A program made the position numbers and the translations under genes. A DNA stretch of 63,712 nucleotides, filler included, from Lama guanicoe (Eukaryota): NCBI GenBank assembly GCA_013239625.1. It is 204 parts of 204 records of this genome, joined end to end, with 100 filler letters (N's around TTAATTAATTAA, not from the genome) between each part and the next. Parts side by side here need not be neighbours in the genome. Positions count along the whole stretch, not along the records: positions 50,668 to 50,880 come from PNXV01037215.1; positions 50,981 to 51,193 come from PNXV01037216.1; positions 51,294 to 51,506 come from PNXV01037217.1; positions 51,607 to 51,819 come from PNXV01037218.1; positions 51,920 to 52,132 come from PNXV01037219.1; positions 52,233 to 52,445 come from PNXV01037220.1; positions 52,546 to 52,758 come from PNXV01037221.1; positions 52,859 to 53,071 come from PNXV01037222.1; 196 more parts are not named here. One strand, written 5' to 3'. A model generated the notes under the pieces. That model saw only the letters and a program-made list of their open reading frames with translations, did no database searches and was not told the DNA's origin. This document shows, piece after piece, positions 50,568 through 63,712 of this stretch (positions within the stretch are counted from its first letter, which is position 1; each line of letters opens with the position of its first letter).

Positions 50568-52545
50568 NNNNNNNNNNNNNNNNNNNNNNNNNNNNNNNNN
50601 NNNNNNNNNNNTTAATTAATTAANNNNNNNNNNNNNNNNNNNNNNNNNNNNNNNNNNNNNNNNNNNNAGGTGGGGGCTGTCCTCGGCAACTAACGCTGGG
50701 ACTCTGATGCCTGTCCTGAGGGTTCCATCATTAGGATGGCGGAACGTTCTCAAGTACGTCTTAGATTCTGGCAGCCTTAAAATGTGCTACCACCCCAGAT
50801 CCCTGGGAGAGTGTGATTGAGACCTTCCCAGTGAAGTGATGAAAACTGAACTGTTCTGTGTCTGTAACACAGGAGTGTGANNNNNNNNNNNNNNNNNNNN
50901 NNNNNNNNNNNNNNNNNNNNNNNNTTAATTAATTAANNNNNNNNNNNNNNNNNNNNNNNNNNNNNNNNNNNNNNNNNNNNCCATCCTCTGACATTTCTCC
51001 CTGCCTGGTGGCCTGAAGGGGACAGGTGTCAGCTGTGCTCTGACACTTGCAGCAGGTAGTGGGCCTGTTGTGGGCCTGCTCTCCAATTTCCATCTCACTA
51101 GCAAGACAAACAAAATAATTATAAATTCAGATGGCTACTGTAAGAAGAGAGCTCCATGATCAAGTCACAGGGCTTGGTCTAGACTGGGCCCAGNNNNNNN
51201 NNNNNNNNNNNNNNNNNNNNNNNNNNNNNNNNNNNNNTTAATTAATTAANNNNNNNNNNNNNNNNNNNNNNNNNNNNNNNNNNNNNNNNNNNNATGTAAT
51301 ATGGTAGTTCCCTGCTCCTTCCAGTAGAAAATGAGTCTGTTTCAGGTCAACTTGCCACCAATAATGTGGTACTTACCTCAAGTGATGGTGCTGTATTTGG
51401 GCTTCAATTTTCGTCTCTGTGTTTAGCACATTAGATAATGAGCAGTTACAGGATTCATCTTGGCCTTATGAGTGGGACCCTGTGTTACTGAGCCCATACA
51501 CAGCCTNNNNNNNNNNNNNNNNNNNNNNNNNNNNNNNNNNNNNNNNNNNNTTAATTAATTAANNNNNNNNNNNNNNNNNNNNNNNNNNNNNNNNNNNNNN
51601 NNNNNNGACCCAGGAGGAGTCAGTGCTCTTACCTCTGGGGCAACACAATCTGAACGTAGTTCTGGGAGCCCACAGCATCATCGTCTCTACCCCTGGTGTC
51701 CGAGACCCACTCTGATCCCCTGTTTCGCCTGGACTCCTGCCTTGAATCGTGGCCCAAGCTACTAGCTGCAATCTTTCCACCTGTCCCCCTGGGTGCCCTC
51801 CCTTGGGATTGGGCCCTGCNNNNNNNNNNNNNNNNNNNNNNNNNNNNNNNNNNNNNNNNNNNNTTAATTAATTAANNNNNNNNNNNNNNNNNNNNNNNNN
51901 NNNNNNNNNNNNNNNNNNNTGAGATGCTGGGGCAACATGTCCTCAACCTTGTTCCCAGGAGTGCATGTGTGATCTTCGATTTTAGTCACATGAGCAAGCC
52001 AAGGCCACACGCCTGTTCGGTCACTGTCCAAGTGTGCAGGTATCAATAGGAAATTTTCAATGGTAACTTTGCCCAGAATCCTGTCTTCTCAGGACCTTTG
52101 CAACAGTGCCCCCTACTGGTCTCTGTTCTGGGNNNNNNNNNNNNNNNNNNNNNNNNNNNNNNNNNNNNNNNNNNNNTTAATTAATTAANNNNNNNNNNNN
52201 NNNNNNNNNNNNNNNNNNNNNNNNNNNNNNNNTTTAATATTGTAAAGACCCTGTCCTCACAGCGCACTCAAATCAAGAAAATGCGAAGATTCCTCTTTTA
52301 GATGGCACTTGCAATTCCAAAGCTCTAATCACAAGAACAGAGAGAGACACAGAATAAAAGAGGCAGATGGAGACAACGGGAGTCCTTTTTGTGCACCTGC
52401 AGGGCGATGGGTCCCCTCGAACACTAACAAGCTGGAGGCAGAAACNNNNNNNNNNNNNNNNNNNNNNNNNNNNNNNNNNNNNNNNNNNNTTAATTAATTA
52501 ANNNNNNNNNNNNNNNNNNNNNNNNNNNNNNNNNNNNNNNNNNNN

Positions 52546-52758
52546 CAAAAAGAATATATTACTTAGGAATAAATTGAACAAAAGAAGGTTAAAAATTATA
52601 CTCTGAAACTACAAAATATTGTGAAAAAGTAAAGATATAAATAAATCAAATGACATTCCATGCTCTTGGATCAGAAGAGTTAATATTATTAAAAATGACA
52701 TACTTCTCAAAGTAATCTATAGATTTATCACAATTCCTATCAAAAGTCTCAGCTGGAA
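52546..52758 (+). mobile_element. LINE-1 ORF2 fragment
   Basis: acttaggaataaatt..gacattccatgctcttggatcagaaga..atctatagatttatcacaattcctatcaaaa. Confidence 0.85.
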
Positions 52759-53797
52759 NNNNNNNNNNNNNNNNNNNNNNNNNNNNNNNNNNNNNNNNNN
52801 NNTTAATTAATTAANNNNNNNNNNNNNNNNNNNNNNNNNNNNNNNNNNNNNNNNNNNNATGTTTCTTACATTTAAAAAGTGATTTCCTTGAGAGGAGACT
52901 TCATGTCTAAGCAAACACTCAGCACATGTATTTGCATATATTTAAATAATATAAATATTTAAAATAATATTTAAATAATAATTAATATTACATTAGATGC
53001 TCTAATGTCATTTGGTATTATCAGCACAATTTTGTGGATTCTTATGGTACTTGAACTATCTGTTAAATATCNNNNNNNNNNNNNNNNNNNNNNNNNNNNN
53101 NNNNNNNNNNNNNNNTTAATTAATTAANNNNNNNNNNNNNNNNNNNNNNNNNNNNNNNNNNNNNNNNNNNNAGCCCATGTGAGGTGAAGGAGAGGAGAAG
53201 GGAAGAAACCACGAGGCAGCTCCAGAAACTAGGAAAACTGTTAGTGCACTAGCCAGCACAGGGAGGTCTGCCAAGGGTCCTGCAGCAAGAGCTGAAGTGG
53301 CTGGTGATCTGGCTGAGCCCCTGCCTCGGTCTCAGACACCATCCATCCCCTAAGGCACGAGCTTTCCAGGGAGCACCCCCCCCCNNNNNNNNNNNNNNNN
53401 NNNNNNNNNNNNNNNNNNNNNNNNNNNNTTAATTAATTAANNNNNNNNNNNNNNNNNNNNNNNNNNNNNNNNNNNNNNNNNNNNGTTGGCCTGGGCTGGG
53501 ATGTTTATAAGACATGCTGACATTATTCGGGACATATTAGGGTTCTCAGGGTGGGCTTACCATGGTTCTACATAGAAAGCCAATTTGAATTTAAAGCAAA
53601 ACTTGATGAAATGGTGTCTACGTGGCAAAAGGCAACAATTTGAAGAGTTGGGGAAAACTCTGAATGTCACAATGACAACCCTAAATTTTCTTTTGTTNNN
53701 NNNNNNNNNNNNNNNNNNNNNNNNNNNNNNNNNNNNNNNNNTTAATTAATTAANNNNNNNNNNNNNNNNNNNNNNNNNNNNNNNNNNNNNNNNNNNN

Positions 53798-53970
53798 TTG
53801 TATATTTTTGTTTCCTTTGTCATAATTTAGTTGACCATACGTGTGATGTTTTATTTCTGCCTCTGTGTTCTTTTCCAGTGATATGGATGTGTTCGTTTTC
53901 CTGTATTGTGCTGTTTTGATTACTGATTTTGTAATATAGTCTGAGATCTAGGAGGGTTATGGGATATGAG
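53798..53970 (-). mobile_element. LINE-1 ORF2 fragment
   Basis: ttagttgaccatacgtgtg..tttatttctg..ctgttttgattactg..ttgtaatatagtctga. Confidence 0.75.
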
Positions 53971-55153
53971 TCCAAAATTGTTCATTTTCCTCTTGTTTCT
54001 TTTGCAGTTCNNNNNNNNNNNNNNNNNNNNNNNNNNNNNNNNNNNNNNNNNNNNTTAATTAATTAANNNNNNNNNNNNNNNNNNNNNNNNNNNNNNNNNN
54101 NNNNNNNNNNAAAGGATCGGAGTTGGGAACATCAGGGTGAACTCAGGTTTGCCTTAGTAGAGATGCAGGTGGTTACATCTCGAAGTATGTGTAGATACGT
54201 GAATGCACGCAGATTCGTACACGCACAGGAATCCTGCTCCGTCAGCGAGCGACAGCTCAGCAAAGGCGAGCACACTGGTGCCAGCTACGGGTCCTGCCCC
54301 TTTCCCCAGTAAAAGGGACCACGNNNNNNNNNNNNNNNNNNNNNNNNNNNNNNNNNNNNNNNNNNNNTTAATTAATTAANNNNNNNNNNNNNNNNNNNNN
54401 NNNNNNNNNNNNNNNNNNNNNNNGGGAAACTCCAGAGTCCATGGCTAATGCCTTGATCAAGTCTCAAGGCCAAGAGATGTTGAGAGAGAAGCAACAATGA
54501 AAAAAAAAAAATCTGGTTTTATTTTTCTTGCTTGTTATTCTCTTGATTTTTCACTAATTTTTTAAAAAATTCACTTTATTTATTAATTTTTTCCTTCTAG
54601 TTTTATTGAAATATAATTAACATACAGCACTGTATGNNNNNNNNNNNNNNNNNNNNNNNNNNNNNNNNNNNNNNNNNNNNTTAATTAATTAANNNNNNNN
54701 NNNNNNNNNNNNNNNNNNNNNNNNNNNNNNNNNNNNTTTTGCCTCCCCATTTTTAATGGTCAGGAGCCCTTCTTTCTTGAGGCTACTTGATACTCTGCTT
54801 ACAACCTCAGCATATGGCTTCTTCATCACACCCTAGAATTGGAGGAGCATATAATCTTAGGGCTGGATGGCGGGGAAGGGGGGTCGTCAAATGAAGGCCC
54901 TGTGCTTGTACACAGGAGGAGTTCTGGTTCAGTCTCAGCTCTGACTTCANNNNNNNNNNNNNNNNNNNNNNNNNNNNNNNNNNNNNNNNNNNNTTAATTA
55001 ATTAANNNNNNNNNNNNNNNNNNNNNNNNNNNNNNNNNNNNNNNNNNNNTTCTCATAGGAATGTAGGTTTACCTCTTCCTAGAAAGTAAAATGAAAACAG
55101 ACAAAAAGAGCTTTTAACAACTTTTTTCTCCCAAATTGAAAGCATATAATGCT

Positions 55154-55156
<3 letters not shown>

Positions 55157-55185
<29 letters not shown>

Positions 55186-55199
55186 TATATATATATATA
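55157..55199. repeat. (TA)n microsatellite
   Basis: Direct reading; one interruption. Confidence 0.95.
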
Positions 55200-55675
55200 G
55201 AAGCATATAATATTTCTATAATGCTACTTATATCCCAGTGAGACAGCTAGTGAGATAATCTCNNNNNNNNNNNNNNNNNNNNNNNNNNNNNNNNNNNNNN
55301 NNNNNNTTAATTAATTAANNNNNNNNNNNNNNNNNNNNNNNNNNNNNNNNNNNNNNNNNNNNCTAATGTTATGGGAATCAGTTTTGGAGAGATCAGAGAG
55401 GATTTTTTTTTTTCTGCTTCCATCTTATAAAATATGCCCCAGGAAATGTTCAAATATTTATTTGAATCTGGAAAAATCCCTACACATATGTTATATGCTT
55501 CTTGTACCCCTTCCAAATGCCTAAACATTTCAAAACCACATACCAACTTCTGGGGCGACTTTAAAGTCATTAACANNNNNNNNNNNNNNNNNNNNNNNNN
55601 NNNNNNNNNNNNNNNNNNNTTAATTAATTAANNNNNNNNNNNNNNNNNNNNNNNNNNNNNNNNNNNNNNNNNNNN

Positions 55676-55888
55676 AGGTCATTATCATCTCTTGCCTATT
55701 ATAAATAATGTTGCTGTGAACATGGGTGCAGATATCTCTTCAACAAAATGTTTTAAATTATTTTAGATACATTTCCCATATGTAGAAATTTTGGGTCATA
55801 TGGTAGTCCTGTTAAATGTTGAGGAACCTCTCTAGTGTTTTTCATAGAGGCCAAACCAACTCATAAGCCAACCAAAAGTACACAAACA
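55676..55888 (-). mobile_element. LINE-1 ORF2 3' fragment
   Basis: ataatgttgctgtgaacatgggtgcagatatctcttc..gggtcatatggtag..tgaggaacctc. Confidence 0.85.
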
Positions 55889-56614
55889 NNNNNNNNNNNN
55901 NNNNNNNNNNNNNNNNNNNNNNNNNNNNNNNNTTAATTAATTAANNNNNNNNNNNNNNNNNNNNNNNNNNNNNNNNNNNNNNNNNNNNGGTATTGAAAGA
56001 AAACAATCCACACAAATACTTTCTAACTTCCCGGAAGCAAAGTAGCAAATTGGAAGGATCACTCACACCCTCCCTCATCCCCAAGCCACCAGCTCCCAAT
56101 TCAAAGGAAGAAAAGGGTATGAAGGGAAAATGAACATAAGAAAAACAGTTAGCCACTGCACTCTGCAGAGCCTGTAACGTTATCTAGGATGACAGCATAG
56201 CNNNNNNNNNNNNNNNNNNNNNNNNNNNNNNNNNNNNNNNNNNNNTTAATTAATTAANNNNNNNNNNNNNNNNNNNNNNNNNNNNNNNNNNNNNNNNNNN
56301 NAACTCAGTCTCCCACTGAGTAGCCTCAAGGACAGTTAGGCTTATGGTTCCCGTGTTACATTGGGTTTTGTCTTCAACACACTGTTTTAGATTCCAATCC
56401 ACTGGAAAAGACCTGGGGTGTTGTATCTGTCTGGTGCTCTAACAGCATGTCTGGGGACACGATGGCATGGAGTTAAGTTGGGACCGAACCTAGAAGATAA
56501 GAAAACTAATGTATNNNNNNNNNNNNNNNNNNNNNNNNNNNNNNNNNNNNNNNNNNNNTTAATTAATTAANNNNNNNNNNNNNNNNNNNNNNNNNNNNNN
56601 NNNNNNNNNNNNNN

Positions 56615-56827
56615 GCCCTGACCTCCCCACGTGGAAGGAAGGATGGCGTGGGCTCCCTGACACCAGCCGTGAGCGGACGGTCTCTGGATATAGGTTTCCA
56701 GCGGCCGCCAGGCCCTTCCCGGAGCCCCAGCCACTGGTGGGACGGGGCTCCTCCGACGGGCGCCCGGCCCGTGGCCGCCTGGGCCTGCTGCCTCGCCCTC
56801 GGTCTCTCACAGGCGTTACCCCCCGAC
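56615..56827. promoter_or_regulatory. GC/CpG-rich fragment (possible CpG island)
   Basis: High GC with many CpGs; no recognisable protein. Confidence 0.4.
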
Positions 56828-57919
56828 NNNNNNNNNNNNNNNNNNNNNNNNNNNNNNNNNNNNNNNNNNNNTTAATTAATTAANNNNNNNNNNNNNNNNN
56901 NNNNNNNNNNNNNNNNNNNNNNNNNNNAGATGAAGGGAGGGGATGTCTATAAAGTGAGAGCATGATGGAGGTGTTTAGGATGATGTACCTGTTTTGTATC
57001 CTGGTATTGAAACCATGCATATCTGAACAGTCATATGACTGTAAGCCAAGATAAAAAGTCAATTTTCCTTTATGACAATTCAAAAAAATTACTACATGTG
57101 CTATTACATAAAGAAAACTGGAATTTAAAATTGATAAGAANNNNNNNNNNNNNNNNNNNNNNNNNNNNNNNNNNNNNNNNNNNNTTAATTAATTAANNNN
57201 NNNNNNNNNNNNNNNNNNNNNNNNNNNNNNNNNNNNNNNNAGTCTAGGTGTCACTTTCTACTATTCCACTTATTATATTGTGTTTTCTCAGTCTGCACTG
57301 TAATTAATGCCTTTCATTAATTTTGGAAAATCCTCAGATGCAACTTTGTAGAATATCGCTTCTTCCAAATCTTCTCTCTCCTCTTTCTCCAATTCTCATT
57401 GTTACAACTTCTTATTTTCCACGTTTCTTAATTTCTCTTTCATTTAAAAAAAANNNNNNNNNNNNNNNNNNNNNNNNNNNNNNNNNNNNNNNNNNNNTTA
57501 ATTAATTAANNNNNNNNNNNNNNNNNNNNNNNNNNNNNNNNNNNNNNNNNNNNAGAGTGTGTCGTTCCTGCTCCTCAGGAGACGCTGAGTGAGCGCCCAG
57601 GCGTGTTACAGTGAACCCGGAGGCCGCCCTTCCCTCCCTCCCTCCCTCCCTCCAACAGACGTGTGCATCTTGTCTTTCAATGAAAACACAGTTGTTTCTG
57701 TTCTGAAAGAGCCCAAAAGAGGAGCAGCCTTCGAAGAAGCAGGTGTGACGCTCCCCCCGCACTCGGNNNNNNNNNNNNNNNNNNNNNNNNNNNNNNNNNN
57801 NNNNNNNNNNTTAATTAATTAANNNNNNNNNNNNNNNNNNNNNNNNNNNNNNNNNNNNNNNNNNNNCACATCCAGCCACTTAAGGAGCAAGCCGGGCTTG
57901 GGGTCTTGCCACAGGCAGC

Positions 57920-58079
57920 AGATAGACTCCAGGGGGTGCCCCGTGATCCCTACTGCCTGGTGTTCCTGCTTTTATGTGACGATCCCCTGCCCTTGGGTGA
58001 GGATGCTTCCAACCGATAGAAGATGGTAAGGGTGATGGACAGGATGTTACACTGTGACTGTGTTACAGTCTATGAAGCT
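57920..58079 (+). mobile_element. MaLR LTR (MLT1-type) 5' part
   Basis: gtgccccgtgatccctactgcctggtgttc..gcttccaaccgatagaagatggtaagggtgatgg. Confidence 0.65.
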
Positions 58080-59744
58080 NNNNNNNNNNNNNNNNNNNNN
58101 NNNNNNNNNNNNNNNNNNNNNNNTTAATTAATTAANNNNNNNNNNNNNNNNNNNNNNNNNNNNNNNNNNNNNNNNNNNNACAGGGGCCCTGAGACACGAG
58201 CTGAAGGATCACCAGGAGAAATGAGTGTCTAAGGTGACGTCCACCTGAGGAAGCAGCGCAGGCACTGGAAGTAGACATGCCTTTGCTAGAAGGTTGGCTA
58301 CAGTACTTATTGACTAGATGCAGCCCAACAAGCTAACAGTTCAATGATGCTTTTTGCTTGTCTGTTTAAAGTAAGCACACCACAACACATCCNNNNNNNN
58401 NNNNNNNNNNNNNNNNNNNNNNNNNNNNNNNNNNNNTTAATTAATTAANNNNNNNNNNNNNNNNNNNNNNNNNNNNNNNNNNNNNNNNNNNNTTGCTCAC
58501 GATTTCCTATTTATCTATTTTTCCTTTGGGTCTTTTTTTTTATGAGCCCTTTATAATGGTGACTTTGTGATACATGCTGAAAATATATTTTCCATCTATC
58601 ATTTAACTTTTAAAAAATGATACGTACCATACTCTACAGAAAATTTTAACTTCCTGGCTTTTGAGTTTTACATCACGAGTCTTGCTTAAAAAGGCCTTAC
58701 TCATCNNNNNNNNNNNNNNNNNNNNNNNNNNNNNNNNNNNNNNNNNNNNTTAATTAATTAANNNNNNNNNNNNNNNNNNNNNNNNNNNNNNNNNNNNNNN
58801 NNNNNGGATGCAGGCACCGGGTGATGGATGGAGTGGAGAGCTTTACAGCGGATGAAGGGAGTGTATCCCCAGCTCTAGGCTGAGCCTCAGAACAGGGAAC
58901 CTCCCTCCTAAGCTGGAAGAGAGACAGAGGTTTGGCAGGTGAGCCTGCAGGAGACAGACGGGCAGAGAATTTCTATGATGAAAGTCAGGGTCAACGTCAG
59001 GAGGTCTCAGAGGAGTGGNNNNNNNNNNNNNNNNNNNNNNNNNNNNNNNNNNNNNNNNNNNNTTAATTAATTAANNNNNNNNNNNNNNNNNNNNNNNNNN
59101 NNNNNNNNNNNNNNNNNNGGAACACTGGAGTTTTCTTTAGAGATATTCTGACCCTCACTTATTTCCAAAATTCTCACCCCATTTTTTCTAAATTTCAACT
59201 GGAAACAATTATAATTTCCTTTGATTTACTTAACCCACCTGTCAGTTACCTAATTCAATGGCTAGATGATTTTGTCCTTCTGTCTTCCATGACAGATCAA
59301 CTCCCTTCTGACCATTCTAGAAATTTCTTTANNNNNNNNNNNNNNNNNNNNNNNNNNNNNNNNNNNNNNNNNNNNTTAATTAATTAANNNNNNNNNNNNN
59401 NNNNNNNNNNNNNNNNNNNNNNNNNNNNNNNTCCTTCTCCGTCGCAGCTGTGAGGGAGTCTTGCCTTTCCTGTCCACAACTACAGAGGCGATTTTAAATC
59501 TCTGAAAGCTGCCATACCAGTGTATATCACAACCCCCCAAGATATGTTGAATAAAGGAGAAAACTTTAAGTGTCTCCTTTAGGATAGAAATAGGCTATAA
59601 AATAAATCATGATTTAAAAATTCTAGTGCCCGAATAAGTGCTACNNNNNNNNNNNNNNNNNNNNNNNNNNNNNNNNNNNNNNNNNNNNTTAATTAATTAA
59701 NNNNNNNNNNNNNNNNNNNNNNNNNNNNNNNNNNNNNNNNNNNN

Positions 59745-59957
59745 GATGCACAGTGCTGTGTTAGTTTCTGGCGTGCGGCACAGTGACCAGTTAGACACGT
59801 CGTATGTATGTTCTTTTTCATTAGAGGTTATCACAAGTTATTGCATCTAGTTCCCTGTGCTGCATAGTAGGACCTTGCTGTTTGTTTGTTCTGTGCACTG
59901 TAGTTTGCATCTGCTAATCCCAAACTCCCACCTTAGCCCTCCCCGCCTTTCCCCTTT
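59745..59957 (-). mobile_element. LINE-1 3' UTR terminus, GC-shifted copy
   Basis: Homologous to the reverse complement of 42217-42429, with many A/T>G/C differences. Confidence 0.88.
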
Positions 59958-60057
59958 NNNNNNNNNNNNNNNNNNNNNNNNNNNNNNNNNNNNNNNNNNN
60001 NTTAATTAATTAANNNNNNNNNNNNNNNNNNNNNNNNNNNNNNNNNNNNNNNNNNNN

Positions 60058-60269
60058 GAGAAACTTTGTGTTCCCAACAAGCTAGGTTAAGGACGGCTTT
60101 CACACATGCTTAACTCTCTTAACTGAGCATGTGGAGATACGTTCATTCATCTATCTCACAGGGAACATGTTGCAGGAGAAACACTTTCTAAGGATTCTCA
60201 GTCTGTTTCCTAGTGCCGGTTGATGTTCCTGTAGCTTTCACTGTAAAACCGAGTTGGAGCTTGTTCTCC
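60058..60269 (+). repeat. Satellite DNA fragment 3, spanning the monomer junction
   Basis: Starts at gagaaactttgtgttcccaacaagctagg (position 52 of fragment 1), passes the end of fragment 1 and re-enters its start (ccgagttggagcttgt) at 60249. Confidence 0.88.
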
Positions 60270-61621
60270 NNNNNNNNNNNNNNNNNNNNNNNNNNNNNNN
60301 NNNNNNNNNNNNNTTAATTAATTAANNNNNNNNNNNNNNNNNNNNNNNNNNNNNNNNNNNNNNNNNNNNAAAGACAGGCATGAAATAGAAGATCTCAAAA
60401 GCCACCAAGTCGGGGCGCTCTCAGACCAAAGAGGAAGCGGGGGGGGGGGAGGTCGTGCTCGGAAGGATGGCCTCCTTGCCCTGGTCTCACAAACCTGCCT
60501 CCTCTGGACCGAGGGAAGAGGCCAGGAGCTCGCTGCCTTCTTCCTCCGAGCAGACAGGGCTTCACGGGAAGCGCTGAGGACGNNNNNNNNNNNNNNNNNN
60601 NNNNNNNNNNNNNNNNNNNNNNNNNNTTAATTAATTAANNNNNNNNNNNNNNNNNNNNNNNNNNNNNNNNNNNNNNNNNNNNTTAATTTAATTTAATTTT
60701 ATCTTATTTTATTTTTCTAGCATTTTAAATGGCTTCCTGTTCTGTTAGACGTCGTGGGCCCTCGCTGGTAGCTGTGGCTTTGATTCTTTTCAGCCCAGCT
60801 GGAAAATAAACCATTAGGAAGTGCATCGGGGCCTCATTTTGTGCCCAGCAGAAACAAAAAAAGAGTCTCTATTTCATTAGCACACCAGGCCCCGGNNNNN
60901 NNNNNNNNNNNNNNNNNNNNNNNNNNNNNNNNNNNNNNNTTAATTAATTAANNNNNNNNNNNNNNNNNNNNNNNNNNNNNNNNNNNNNNNNNNNNGTGGA
61001 GTCTCCCCCATGCTTGGGGTCCCATTGGAGTTTTCTGGCCCCCAAACATCAGGGCTCTCTGTGCTGACAGTCCACATACTGGCTGAGACTTGCACAATTT
61101 CACTGCCCCCTCTCCCAGCCCCTCTAAAAGTGTCTGATGAGCCCCATGCCTTCCCAGGGGATATTTACCTCTAGCTGAACAACAAGTAATTTGACACTAC
61201 TTGGCTAGNNNNNNNNNNNNNNNNNNNNNNNNNNNNNNNNNNNNNNNNNNNNTTAATTAATTAANNNNNNNNNNNNNNNNNNNNNNNNNNNNNNNNNNNN
61301 NNNNNNNNCTGCAAGAAACAGTCCTTAGAACATTCCTGAGTGGGAGACTAGGCGAAACTGAGGTCAGTGTCCTGATGACACCATCTTCCGGCACAGCTGG
61401 ACGGAAGGCGTTCCTGACCCCTTCCGCCGCAAACACTGTGCAATACGTAACCTACTGATCATCACATAAGCCCGTGATCCTTCGATATACATATATTTCC
61501 CCAAGAAAATCCTCAAGTCTANNNNNNNNNNNNNNNNNNNNNNNNNNNNNNNNNNNNNNNNNNNNTTAATTAATTAANNNNNNNNNNNNNNNNNNNNNNN
61601 NNNNNNNNNNNNNNNNNNNNN

Positions 61622-61834
61622 TACCATTAGCTAAACAGCACAGTAATAATTGTGTGGACTAAAGTCCACCGGTGGATGCTAAAACTAGTGGTGAAATCCT
61701 GGGACAAACAGAATTTGCGTAGTCTCAAAGTAGTGCCCCCAGCTATGTATTAACTACAAAGAAACAGATAGTGATTTTACAATGGAGAAATCTGGCAGAA
61801 ATCACCTTAATCAAGTGATAAAGATCAATATCAC
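61622..61834 (+). mobile_element. Old L1 (L1MC/MD-like) 3' UTR
   Basis: ggtggatgctaaaactagtgg..ttttacaatggagaaatctggcagaaatcaccttaatcaagtgataaag. Confidence 0.75.
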
Positions 61835-63712
61835 NNNNNNNNNNNNNNNNNNNNNNNNNNNNNNNNNNNNNNNNNNNNTTAATTAATTAANNNNNNNNNN
61901 NNNNNNNNNNNNNNNNNNNNNNNNNNNNNNNNNNTCAGGTTGGCGCTGAGGAATTTGAATAGACTTTTGTTCAACTCTTAAAAATGTTTATTGTGCCTCA
62001 GTTTACCTTTAATGCAGCAAGATTCCTGGCTTAATAAATGTCAGCTATTTTTTAGTACTCATACATGTGGCCTTTAAAAAATGTACACAAATATTTACAT
62101 AACAGTTTTATAAGTAAAAATGTCAGTTACAAAATAGTACTCAACAANNNNNNNNNNNNNNNNNNNNNNNNNNNNNNNNNNNNNNNNNNNNTTAATTAAT
62201 TAANNNNNNNNNNNNNNNNNNNNNNNNNNNNNNNNNNNNNNNNNNNNATAGCTCATGCTGACAGGATTCCTGTTTTTCACCACTGCATCCCTGGGGGAGC
62301 TCACAGCCGTCTGCAGGTGCATAGGTGGGATCCTGGTACCCTCACAACTGACTTCCATGTTTTTAAGTTGCATAATTAGGAAAGACCTGATCTTTCCACT
62401 GGTGCTGTTACAGCCCGCGGTTACAAAAGATGTGACATGGAACAAGTCTGTCTTCAGACCNNNNNNNNNNNNNNNNNNNNNNNNNNNNNNNNNNNNNNNN
62501 NNNNTTAATTAATTAANNNNNNNNNNNNNNNNNNNNNNNNNNNNNNNNNNNNNNNNNNNNTTTATTCTAATTTGGCTTCTGTTAAATAGATAATCATTAA
62601 ACTACCAACGAATACCATATAGTGTAATAACATTTTTTCCGGGTGTTTTATTTTTCTGATTTAAAAAGTATTACACATGCATCATAGACAATTTAGAAAA
62701 GCACCAAAAACTCACCTGTACTATGAGCGTTAGGAGACAACCACTGCTATGTGTTTTGTCACATATTCTTTGANNNNNNNNNNNNNNNNNNNNNNNNNNN
62801 NNNNNNNNNNNNNNNNNTTAATTAATTAANNNNNNNNNNNNNNNNNNNNNNNNNNNNNNNNNNNNNNNNNNNNTGTGGTGACTAGGCCATCTGAGTTCAC
62901 TTATTATTTTTTAGGTTGAAAGGCCCAAGAGGGAGCAAAAGTGGAGGTTCTAGTACTGATTTTATATTTCCCATGTACCAGGTGCAATAGCAAGCCACTT
63001 CAGACAAGGCTCAGAACAACCACGTAAATAGTCCACGAAGCAAGTCGTGCAGTCAGGCCTCTGCAGCCCCGAAACCCGTGTCCCCANNNNNNNNNNNNNN
63101 NNNNNNNNNNNNNNNNNNNNNNNNNNNNNNTTAATTAATTAANNNNNNNNNNNNNNNNNNNNNNNNNNNNNNNNNNNNNNNNNNNNTGCCCTGCTTCCAA
63201 AATGGAGACAAACTGCTTAAGCTGCGAGAAGTTAGGTCCTTCCCTGGGCCGTTGTCCTGACCTGGACTCAACGTAGGGACGTCTGTTTTGACCCTCTGCC
63301 CGCAGCCCCCCATCACTCTTTCTGCAGCACAATCGAGAGAACAAACAGCGCCCTTGCACGCGTCACCCAGATCTCGCTTTTGTCGTGTGCTCTTTGTTTN
63401 NNNNNNNNNNNNNNNNNNNNNNNNNNNNNNNNNNNNNNNNNNNTTAATTAATTAANNNNNNNNNNNNNNNNNNNNNNNNNNNNNNNNNNNNNNNNNNNNT
63501 TGAAAGATTCTTTCAACGCTCTTGCGCTTTTGAGAGAAGGTGACCATGGAGGCGTGCGCTGTTTCACGTGTTCCTCATGGTTTGGTGCAAGGCTGGGAGT
63601 TTCTCATTTTTCCTGAAGCCGTGTGATTTGTAGCCTTTTCTGTAACGTTATTTTCCTGATCCGGTAGCTTAAGAAAGAGTGTACTCTTTGACTCTTGGGT
63701 TCTGACTTTCCT

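Overview
This window is not contiguous DNA. It is an artificial pseudo-scaffold of about 204 unplaced mini-contigs (212 bp up to position 9884, then mostly 213 bp, so apparently size-sorted). Each is joined to the next by the same 100-nt linker, 44 N + TTAATTAATTAA + 44 N, which is palindromic and has stops in all six frames. Most entries in the ORF track (those ending X...LIN or X...N) are linker artefacts. The content is mammalian and very probably camelid, based on two copies of a tRNA-Ala-derived Vic-1-type SINE. Most contigs are fragments of LINE-1, MIR, L2, MaLR/ERV LTR or hAT elements, or anonymous intergenic DNA. Neighbouring contigs are unrelated, so no multi-gene system can be inferred and I found none. 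The signals worth following up are local. (1) An ACVRL1/ALK1 ectodomain exon that breaks off mid-exon and runs into a stop. (2) A contig that is exactly AG + one SRSF6 exon + GT, which suggests a young retrocopy collapsed with the gene, and which carries a Tyr>Asn change. (3) A frameshifted HSPD1 processed pseudogene that the ORF track missed. (4) A stop-free gamma-type retroviral env TM segment. (5) Three fragments of a satellite whose ~242-249 bp monomer can be rebuilt by circular permutation. (6) Two LTR-like copies ending in A-tails that share a nested A-tract insertion. (7) Four near-identical contig pairs whose 49-bp identical flanks reveal de Bruijn bubbles. Repeat and gene identities come from recalled consensus sequences, not from database searches.
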